Virus record (IMG/VR): IMGVR_UViG_3300025781_000011
Coordinates: 1,174-65,173 of that record
Length of the DNA stretch: 64,000 nt
Direction: 5' to 3' (one strand)
DNA from: a virus
Lineage: Duplodnaviria; Caudoviricetes
Below are positions 56,847 to 64,000 of the stretch, piece after piece (the stretch's first letter is position 1; each line of letters begins with the position of its first letter). The translations under genes and the position numbers were made by a program. Below the pieces are notes generated by a model. It saw only the letters and a program-made list of their open reading frames with translations. It had not been told where the DNA came from and did not search any database.

Positions 56847-58213
56847 CAATAACAATGTACCAGGATACTACAGATTATATTAAAACTACTAGTCGGGAAT
56901 ATTCCATATATGTATGCCAAAACCGCGGCATTCCTAGTATCAGTGATGGTCTTAAAGATGCACAACGTAAAGCTTTATTTGTTATTAAACCAATTAGTGA
57001 AAAAATTAAAACTATTTCTTTAGCAGGATCAATGATATCAAGCGGTTGTTACCTCCATGGTGACGCAAGTGCTGCTGATACTTTAAGTTTAATGGCTGCT
57101 ACGTACTGTAATAATGTCCCGTTCTTGCAAGGCATTGGTGCATTTGGTACCAAGGTTGGACCTACTGATTGGGGTGCTCCTCGTTATACCTATCTCAAAA
57201 AGAACGGCATAACAGAGGCACTAATATATCCTGACTACGATATTATTCCACTAAAAGAAAACTATGATGGTTCAGTATTAGAACCCAAGAACTTCTTACC
57301 GCTTGTACCTCTGGTGCTATTAAATGGTATTAGTGGTATTGCTGTGGGTTGGAGTACAGAAATACTACCACGCAAGTTAGAAGATCTAATTGAATCATGT
57401 ATTAAGGTATTAGACGGTAAGAAGTTTGATCGACTGATTCCAACATATGATTACCTTGATTGTAAGACTCGTAACCTGGGCGGCAATGCCTGGGAGTTTA
57501 CTGGTAAAGTCAGACTAGACGGCAGCACAGTTTGGGTTGAAGAATTGCCACCTGATCTAACACTAGAAAAATTCAAAGCACGTCTTAACAAAATGGAAGA
57601 CGATGATCAAATACAAACTTACATTGATCGCAGTACAAAAGAGATCAAGATTGAAGTACGGTTCAAGCGTGGCACTATTAACGGTTGGACAGAAGATAAA
57701 GCAATCGAATTCTTCAAACTCAAGAGTAAAACAACTGAACGATTGGTTGTTCTTGACTGGGACGGTGATAGTATCAAGCAGTATGAAGATGCAGAAATAC
57801 TGTTAACAGAGTTTGTGGCTTGGCGATTGGGTTGGTATGTAACTCGTTATGAAAAGTTAGTTGCAGATGCTACCTATACACTGTGTTTCAACTTGGCACT
57901 TAAAGAGTGTATTGACAAGAACTTGCCCAAGTTTCTACCCACGGCCCAGAATAAAGCAGAAGTAGTTGAACAAATTAAAACCATATGTAACAAGGCTAAG
58001 ATACCACTTGATGATGATCAAATAGAACGTATTGCAAGTCTACCCAGCTATCGCTGGGCCCGGGATGCATATGATGAAATAGCCAAGCGCATTGCAGAGT
58101 TGACAGCTACTATTGCAGACTACCAAGACATACTGGGTGATCCCACCAGACAACGAGCAATTTATAAGAGTGAGTTGCAAGCACTAAAGAAACTGCCAAA
58201 GATAGATCGTTAA
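56843..58213 (+). CDS. Type IIA topoisomerase breakage-reunion subunit (gp52 / GyrA-like)
   Basis: R.IPS..DGLK..QRK, YLHGD, APRYT (catalytic Tyr), LLNG.SGIAVGWST. Confidence 0.95.
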   Translation: MTITMYQDTTDYIKTTSREYSIYVCQNRGIPSISDGLKDAQRKALFVIKPISEKIKTISLAGSMISSGCYLHGDASAADTLSLMAATYCNNVPFLQGIGAFGTKVGPTDWGAPRYTYLKKNGITEALIYPDYDIIPLKENYDGSVLEPKNFLPLVPLVLLNGISGIAVGWSTEILPRKLEDLIESCIKVLDGKKFDRLIPTYDYLDCKTRNLGGNAWEFTGKVRLDGSTVWVEELPPDLTLEKFKARLNKMEDDDQIQTYIDRSTKEIKIEVRFKRGTINGWTEDKAIEFFKLKSKTTERLVVLDWDGDSIKQYEDAEILLTEFVAWRLGWYVTRYEKLVADATYTLCFNLALKECIDKNLPKFLPTAQNKAEVVEQIKTICNKAKIPLDDDQIERIASLPSYRWARDAYDEIAKRIAELTATIADYQDILGDPTRQRAIYKSELQALKKLPKIDR

Positions 58214-58233
58214 ATAATTCTATAAATATCAGT

Positions 58234-58683
58234 ATGAGAGCAAGTGACTTGAATCCAGATATACACAGAGCAGCAGGTTGTCTTATACACGCTCGTGATA
58301 CCAACAATTGGTTGTTTGTTCTCCGCGGTGAATATGTGGACAATCCGCATACCTGGGGCATACCTGGTGGTAGAGGATCTGCCAGAGAAGACTATGTAAC
58401 CACAGCAATCAGAGAAACCCTTGAAGAAATCAACTATGATGTTGCTGATTGTCCTATGAAAATGATTTATGCTCTCAAGACCGAGTGGCCAATGAGCATT
58501 TACAAAGTCTATGCAGTTCAAGTTGAAAAACAATTCAAGCCAATACTTGATTGGGAGTCTGCTGAATATAAATGGTGCGGGTTAGACGACCTTCCAACTC
58601 CCCTGCATTGGGGACTAGATGCCATGTTAAACAGCGATAAGTCAGCTGAAATTCTACATGAATGGTTAGAGTCTCTGGTCTAG
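58234..58683 (+). CDS. NUDIX hydrolase
   Basis: WGIPGG......AIRETLEEI; TATAAATA upstream. Confidence 0.88.
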   Translation: MRASDLNPDIHRAAGCLIHARDTNNWLFVLRGEYVDNPHTWGIPGGRGSAREDYVTTAIRETLEEINYDVADCPMKMIYALKTEWPMSIYKVYAVQVEKQFKPILDWESAEYKWCGLDDLPTPLHWGLDAMLNSDKSAEILHEWLESLV

Positions 58684-58747
58684 GCATTGACAATCAATAC
58701 AATAGGTTATAAGTTAATACTAGTTAATTTCAATAGGAATAGTGTTA

Positions 58748-59704
58748 ATGCAGCCGCATGAGTTAAAAGAATTACGAGAACTACTAGCACCGGGCAAAAA
58801 AATCATTGTTGGAGTCAGTGGCGGTGTTGATAGCATGGTACTAGTTGACATTTTACACAGAAATCGCAATTATTTTCAAAAAGATTTCAAGGTGTTACAT
58901 GTGGATCATCAAATTTCTCCAAATTCAGCAACTTGGGCCAAGTTTGTTGAAGATTACTGTATTGAAAGATCTATTCCCTGTGAAGTTGTGCGAGTAGATG
59001 TCAAGCAGTTTGGAAACAATTTAGAACGTGCAGCCAGACAGGCTAGATATCAAGCATTTACTGAGCAACACTCTGATATGATTGTACTTGCTCACCATTC
59101 TGACGATCAATGCGAAACCTTTTTCTTAAAATTATTCCGAGGCAGTGGATTAAAAGGCCTACGCTGTATGACCAAAACTGGACCAAGTTGGATCGATCCA
59201 CAGGTATTATTAGTAAGACCTTTGTTGAATTGGGACAAGGATAGAATTAAAAATTATGCTGCAGATAATCTGGTTCCCAATATTGAAGATGCTAGTAATA
59301 TGGATACAAATTTTGATCGTAATTGGATCAGACATGAGTTATGGCCTGTGATTATAGAACGCAATGAGATCGCAGACATTAACCTACATCGCTCTATTGC
59401 GTTGATTAACGAGGGTTGGGAACTGACACAGGATCTGGCACGTATTGATTTAGAGTCATGTTCTAACAGTGACGGATCGTTAGATTGGCGTAAGGTCAAA
59501 TTATTATCCAGACGTAGATTAAAGAATTTACTTCTACATATTTTAGATCAAAATCACATCACAGGGTTTAGTACACATCAAGTTGAAGAGTTTGCAAAAA
59601 GTCTTACGGTGGCTGATTTAGATTCCAGAAATGAATTAAAAATCAAGAATTTTGTAATGAGGAAACACGGCAAGAAGATTGTGTATGAGACTGTGAATTG
59701 TTAA
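58748..59704 (+). CDS. tilS: tRNA(Ile)-lysidine synthetase
   Basis: SGGVDSM, HVDH, E..AR.ARY, LAHH.DDQ.ET...RGSG, RPLL, ED.SN...RNWIRH. Confidence 0.92.
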   Translation: MQPHELKELRELLAPGKKIIVGVSGGVDSMVLVDILHRNRNYFQKDFKVLHVDHQISPNSATWAKFVEDYCIERSIPCEVVRVDVKQFGNNLERAARQARYQAFTEQHSDMIVLAHHSDDQCETFFLKLFRGSGLKGLRCMTKTGPSWIDPQVLLVRPLLNWDKDRIKNYAADNLVPNIEDASNMDTNFDRNWIRHELWPVIIERNEIADINLHRSIALINEGWELTQDLARIDLESCSNSDGSLDWRKVKLLSRRRLKNLLLHILDQNHITGFSTHQVEEFAKSLTVADLDSRNELKIKNFVMRKHGKKIVYETVNC

Positions 59705-59716
59705 TATAGTAGTTAA

Positions 59717-59934
59717 TGAGCTCATTGAGATGGTAAATATCCAACGAGCTCTTGCATAGATTGCTGTTTTTTCAGTGTTTTATGCAGTGTGTGCGGGTTA
59801 AACAAAGGATATACACAAGCCTGCACAGATGTTGATCGATGGCAAGACAACATCTTTGGGTAGACTAACACGCGAATTAGTTCTACCTCTTTGAATCTCA
59901 CCCACCAAGAGATTCTGCGTCGCAATTCCGCGGC
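59717..59934 (+). ncRNA. Seven-hairpin structured leader or sRNA
   Basis: Back-to-back inverted repeats downstream of a TATAGT -10 element; no convincing ORF. Confidence 0.55.
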
Positions 59935-59955
59935 TTTAAAATTGAGGAGAGTGAA

Positions 59956-60660
59956 ATGAAGACAGGCAAGAGAAGCCTTATGAGTACCTTTGTAGCAGTT
60001 GTGGGACTATTTGGTCTTGCAGCATTTGCAACAGAAGTACAGGCAAGGCCCTATCATGGCCATCATTATGCGCGACACGCTGGTCGTGTCGCTGCACCAC
60101 AGGCACAATGCACTGACTTGTTTGGTGATTGTTCAAACAGTAACGCAACTGCGTCTACTGGCTGGGATCCAGTAAATGGATATACCAATGAACAGCCAAC
60201 AACCAGAGCAACACGCAAAGCATCAAGACATGCACGTTATGCTGCACCAGAATCTGAGTCAACTGATTCATGGGGCTGGAGCGGTGGTTCTAACGTATTG
60301 TCTCGTGCCCAGGCATATATGGGCATGAGCGAGCGTGGTAATCGCGGTTCGTTAACGCGAACACTTGGTGTTGATCCAGCTCGCACCCCTTGGTGTGCAG
60401 CATGGGCTAATGCAGTTCTACGTCAAAGTGGTCATAGAGGAACTGGTAGCAATATGGCTAGAAGTTTCTACCGTTATGGTACACCATCAAATGGTAATGC
60501 TGGTGACATTGCGGTAATGCCACATCATGTGGGATTTGTTGCAGGTACTTCCTATCGTAACGGACGCAAGTACGTCAGCGTTATAGCAGGTAATACCAGC
60601 AATAGAGTTAAGACTGTTTGGTACCCTGCAAGCCGTATAGCTTTTAGAGATCCAAATTAA
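59956..60660 (+). CDS. Secreted NlpC/P60-CHAP-type cell-wall hydrolase (TIGR02594-like)
   Basis: Signal peptide; PWCAAWAN...S.MARSF...GDIAV..HHVGFV....AGN. Confidence 0.8.
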   Translation: MKTGKRSLMSTFVAVVGLFGLAAFATEVQARPYHGHHYARHAGRVAAPQAQCTDLFGDCSNSNATASTGWDPVNGYTNEQPTTRATRKASRHARYAAPESESTDSWGWSGGSNVLSRAQAYMGMSERGNRGSLTRTLGVDPARTPWCAAWANAVLRQSGHRGTGSNMARSFYRYGTPSNGNAGDIAVMPHHVGFVAGTSYRNGRKYVSVIAGNTSNRVKTVWYPASRIAFRDPN

Positions 60661-60685
60661 CATAATAACATAAAATCAAGCTCAG

Positions 60686-60724
60686 TAGCCGGGTCATTAT
60701 GGTGGTAGATCCGGCTATTTTTTT
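60686..60724 (+). terminator. Rho-independent terminator
   Basis: TAGCCGGGTC...GATCCGGCTA then T7. Confidence 0.8.
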
Positions 60725-60726
60725 GA

Positions 60727-61052
60727 AATCAATGACTTATAACACCCTTGTTTACATACAGATTTCGATTGACAACCCGGTTAATTGTGCTATTATAAGC
60801 ACATAACAAAGGAGTATACGATGTCAAAGGCGATGGATAAGTTCCTAGATAGAGCAGCACCCCAATTCACCCAAGCTCTCAAGAGCAACGACCCCGCCCA
60901 GCGTGACGCTGCGATAGATGCTCTGCTTGTAGAGTTCCTGAATGTAAACAGCAGTAAGCGTAAACCTGCTGCACCTAAACGCAAAGTCCGCAGAGGTATC
61001 GGGTCCTATTGACAATACCCACAATGGTGCTATAGTAAACTTATAAACAAAG
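60727..61052 (+). repeat. Direct repeat, copy 1 (promoter + 63-aa gene + next promoter)
   Basis: Highly similar to 63165-63482. Confidence 0.85.
60821..61012 (+). CDS. Small early protein, paralog A
   Basis: AAGGAG RBS; MSKAMDKFLDRAAPQ...RRGIGSY. Confidence 0.8.
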   Translation: MSKAMDKFLDRAAPQFTQALKSNDPAQRDAAIDALLVEFLNVNSSKRKPAAPKRKVRRGIGSY

Positions 61053-61061
61053 GAGGCTACT

Positions 61062-61295
61062 ATGTCAAATGTATACGGAGTGTGGTACCGAGCCGGGCAC
61101 TTTGACGAGTTGCTGGGTTTATTTACTACCATCGATCGTGCCCGTCGTGCTCGTATCCGCTATCTAGAGGCTGATGAAGATCCCGACAATCTCTATATCA
61201 CTCGCATGGCATTAGATAAGGCTTGTGAGTTCCCATTTGACATCAACGGTGACCTGGTTGACAATGTGGCAAAGTCTGCTAAAGTAACAGCATAA
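61062..61295 (+). CDS. Small early protein
   Basis: Own promoter and AGGAGG RBS. Confidence 0.75.
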   Translation: MSNVYGVWYRAGHFDELLGLFTTIDRARRARIRYLEADEDPDNLYITRMALDKACEFPFDINGDLVDNVAKSAKVTA

Positions 61296-61311
61296 ACAAA
61301 GGAGCAATGAC

Positions 61312-61971
61312 ATGGCTAAACGTAAAGCTGCTGAAGTTCCTATGATTGATGCGAACCTTGTGTGGGCTGCGGCGTGTGCAGCTCTGCGTATTAACGGCAA
61401 GTACCTTAAAGAGCCAGAAATTACCGAAGATACAAACACTGTTACGTACCCTAATAAGGTAATAATGCGCGATATCCTGTTTGCTCCAGAATCCATTACG
61501 AATGAAGATCGCACTCAAGCAGAAGTTGTGCGCACCTACTGGCGCAACAAGATGATGGAAGTGCTGTCAGGTACTGCTAATCAGTTTACCACACAGGCTA
61601 TAGAATTAGCCAACCGTACAGAGTTTGCAGCCAATGATTGGTTGGGACTTGCTACAGTTGCATTCCTTCCAGAAGGCTATGTTCGCGGACAGAAGCGCGA
61701 CGAGCAGCGAGTTAAGAAGCAAGAAGCCACTTTTGGTAGCAACCATTTTGGCAAAATTGGTGAAAAGGTTGTCGGCAACGCCACTGTAATTGAAAGCCGT
61801 TACAGTGAGAAGTGGGGTACCCACTATGTTACTGCACAGTTTGGTACCAATGTAATGTTCTTTGCATATCGCAATAAGCTGGAGGATGGTGTTACAATAG
61901 CGTTTAAAGGCACAATCAAAGCACACCGCGATGATGGTATTACGCAACTCAACCGTGTGCGGATCTTGTAA
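61312..61971 (+). CDS. Early protein with a C-terminal OB-fold-like domain
   Basis: S.HFG.IGEK...KGTIKAH....TQLNRV. Confidence 0.7.
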   Translation: MAKRKAAEVPMIDANLVWAAACAALRINGKYLKEPEITEDTNTVTYPNKVIMRDILFAPESITNEDRTQAEVVRTYWRNKMMEVLSGTANQFTTQAIELANRTEFAANDWLGLATVAFLPEGYVRGQKRDEQRVKKQEATFGSNHFGKIGEKVVGNATVIESRYSEKWGTHYVTAQFGTNVMFFAYRNKLEDGVTIAFKGTIKAHRDDGITQLNRVRIL

Positions 61972-61983
61972 CAGGAGAGTATA

Positions 61984-62217
61984 ATGAAAGCATTCTTAAC
62001 CATTAAGATCATGGGTGTCTTATCGGCAGTAGTTGGGCCCATGCCCGACTGGAATGCTTGTACAGCATACCTACCTGACTTTGAAAAACGTGCAGATGCA
62101 GTGTTTACAAAACCTGATTATTTGGCTAAACTTCAAGCACAGTATCCGGGTATCAAACGAGAAAACATTGTGCATGAGTGTGTAGAGAGTGATACAAAAC
62201 CAGTATTCAACAAGTGA
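61984..62217 (+). CDS. Hypothetical protein
   Basis: AGGAG RBS. Confidence 0.65.
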   Translation: MKAFLTIKIMGVLSAVVGPMPDWNACTAYLPDFEKRADAVFTKPDYLAKLQAQYPGIKRENIVHECVESDTKPVFNK

Positions 62218-62229
62218 TAGGGGTTGTGA

Positions 62230-62487
62230 ATGTCTGAAGTTGATAGTAAAGTAGATGTCTGGCCGTTTGTTGTTGAAAACAAACTACCAGATGAAGATTA
62301 TCAATCTAAAATGGATTTGCCCATGGGCGATCTTGCTACTGCGTTATGGGGCATAGATAGTGGTCCGGAAGGTTTAGAGGATTGGCAGATTGTGGAAATA
62401 GCAGCAGAAAAGATCAAACTGTTACAGAAAATGATCATAGCTACAGGATTTAAAGAAGATTTGCTCAAAGCAATCATGGAGGAATAA
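62230..62487 (+). CDS. Hypothetical protein
   Basis: 85 aa within the operon. Confidence 0.65.
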   Translation: MSEVDSKVDVWPFVVENKLPDEDYQSKMDLPMGDLATALWGIDSGPEGLEDWQIVEIAAEKIKLLQKMIIATGFKEDLLKAIMEE

Positions 62488-62491
62488 TAAA

Positions 62492-62737
62492 ATGATAAAT
62501 TGGTTATTTAATAAACTCATGCCGGTCCCTAAGGAACCGTTAGTCAATGGCAAGACACCTGAAGAATTAGAACAAGAACACCTCAACCGAATAGAGCAAC
62601 AGATTCTCGCTGAAGAAGAAGTTCAAAACATGAGATTTATAATTGCCTTGAGTAAAGAATTATTCCCCGGCGACAACTCAGCTATCGATCGGGTAGAAAA
62701 AGCTGTAGAGGCAGCAGTTAAAGAAATTGAAGAATAA
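62492..62737 (+). CDS. Hypothetical protein
   Basis: GGAGG RBS. Confidence 0.65.
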   Translation: MINWLFNKLMPVPKEPLVNGKTPEELEQEHLNRIEQQILAEEEVQNMRFIIALSKELFPGDNSAIDRVEKAVEAAVKEIEE

Positions 62738-62808
62738 CTTGACAACTGCACCAAACTCAGCTAAATTTGTGCGATGCAATAAATATCCAAAAACAGGGAG
62801 ATTTAGCT

Positions 62809-63021
62809 GTGACAACTGCCCTTGATCAATATCTTCAAGATTGGAATGAAGCCTGTGCATATGCTTATGAGTGTGGTCCAGATCTGGGATTTTTAGTACC
62901 ACCAGAGCCATGGACGACTCTTGCAGTAGTTGCAGGAGTGTGCTACTATGTTTGGAGACATAACGAGCGGAGTATTCAAAATGTCAGAGCTGACAGAGCA
63001 GAGAGTCCAGACGCTGATTGA
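62809..63021 (+). CDS. Small membrane-anchored hypothetical protein
   Basis: One TM segment; probable GTG start after GGGAG. Confidence 0.5.
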   Translation: MTTALDQYLQDWNEACAYAYECGPDLGFLVPPEPWTTLAVVAGVCYYVWRHNERSIQNVRADRAESPDAD

Positions 63022-63166
63022 TCTTGCTGTAGAATACGCTACCAAACGCAATCTAAGTCCAGTCTCGTATGTAAACGGTATGCTAGATGTAAACACGCTT
63101 GGCTCAGCAGATGCTGGTCAGATAGTAGAAACATTGATAAAATACCACAAAGAATGGCTAAAATAA
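62981..63166 (+). CDS. Hypothetical protein
   Basis: GGAG RBS before MSELTEQ. Confidence 0.55.
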   Translation: MSELTEQRVQTLIDLAVEYATKRNLSPVSYVNGMLDVNTLGSADAGQIVETLIKYHKEWLK

Positions 63167-63482
63167 TCAACGACTTACAACACCAAAAATAACGGTTGAC
63201 TAGTCAGCATAAGATGCTATTATATACTCATAAACAAAGGAGAGTTAAATGTCTTCTAAGGCAATGGATAAGTTCCTAGATAGAGCAGCACCCCAATTAG
63301 CCCAGGTTCTCAAGACCAACGACCCTGCCCAGCGTGATGCTATGATGGATGCCCTGCTTGTAGAGTTTCTAAATGTAAACATCAGCAAGCGTAAACCTGC
63401 TGCTCCTAAACGCAAAGTCCGCAGAGGTATTGGGTCCTATTGACAACACCCGCAAAGGTGCTATTATAAACTCATAAACAGG
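63165..63482 (+). repeat. Direct repeat, copy 2
   Basis: Highly similar to 60727-61052. Confidence 0.85.
63249..63443 (+). CDS. Small early protein, paralog B
   Basis: Near-identical to 60821-61012. Confidence 0.8.
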   Translation: MSSKAMDKFLDRAAPQLAQVLKTNDPAQRDAMMDALLVEFLNVNISKRKPAAPKRKVRRGIGSY

Positions 63483-63492
63483 GGAGCATGAT

Positions 63493-63879
63493 ATGACTGA
63501 CTATTCAGACCTTGTTGAGAGATTGCGTCGTGACGGTATTGCTGCCCGAGACACATTGAAATGTGTGGAAATGGCGCCTACGGTTGACCCAGAAGATGCG
63601 CTTAAAGCCGCTGATGCTATTGAGGCACAAGCAAAGCGGATTGAGGAACTAGAGGCTTCTATTGATAAAAACGACGAATGGGTAAAGTGGTTTATTGAGA
63701 AAACTGACGCCCGCATTGCGGAACTTGAAGCGGCGCTGAAACCGTTTGCTGATTATTGGGAACCGGGCACGGGACTTCACTGCCAGAATGTGGATACCAA
63801 AGAAGTGGGTGCTCGTGCTGCCGCTGATGTGTTCAAGCGGTATGGATTCACAGCCTATGCTGGCTCGAGACTGGACTAA
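63493..63879 (+). CDS. Coiled-coil hypothetical protein of a type common in temperate phages
   Basis: DLVERLR...AADAIE....RIAELEAALKPFA; GC-richer than the rest of the window. Confidence 0.7.
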   Translation: MTDYSDLVERLRRDGIAARDTLKCVEMAPTVDPEDALKAADAIEAQAKRIEELEASIDKNDEWVKWFIEKTDARIAELEAALKPFADYWEPGTGLHCQNVDTKEVGARAAADVFKRYGFTAYAGSRLD

Positions 63880-63890
63880 GGAGAACATTG

Positions 63891-64000
63891 ATGCGCAAGA
63901 CTGTTGCTGCTAGCGTTATTGCTGCTACATTAATATCTGCTGCACCTGCAAATGCCTGGTATGGAGGATGGGGGTACGGCGGTGGTTGGGGATATGGGGG
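63891..64000 (+). CDS. Secreted Gly/Trp/Tyr-rich protein (truncated by the window end)
   Basis: AAGGAG RBS; signal peptide MRKTVAASVIAATLISAAPANA then WYGGWGYGGGWG. Confidence 0.7.
   Translation, partial: MRKTVAASVIAATLISAAPANAWYGGWGYGGGWGYG

Overview
This is a 64-kb segment of an AT-rich, T4-superfamily jumbo myophage genome. The host is most likely an alphaproteobacterium, judging from a Usg-like gene, a circularly permuted tmRNA with an ...ANDN...AA tag, and Rhizobiales-style secreted proteins. Core genes present: terminase, gp4-like head completion nuclease, gp32 SSB, UvsX/UvsY/UvsW, primase, gp41 helicase, a ~200-aa DnaE-like protein, head/tail proteins, class Ia ribonucleotide reductase, two-subunit type II topoisomerase, agmatinase, NUDIX and TilS. 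The most notable observations are: (1) two homing-endonuclease cassettes appear to have replaced the 3' end of their upstream gene, leaving a diverged copy of the last 12-16 codons stranded downstream; (2) nrdA is fractured at its catalytic NLCxE motif by a naturally split intein with a free-standing HNH gene between the halves; (3) a non-coding RNA island (52.47-53.94 kb) holds a two-piece tmRNA plus unassigned structured RNAs, each with its own promoter; (4) a seven-hairpin leader precedes a cell-wall hydrolase gene; (5) the early region is built of repeated promoter-RBS cassettes and contains a duplicated gene. All calls come from reading the sequence and recalled motifs; no database searches or folding programs were run.
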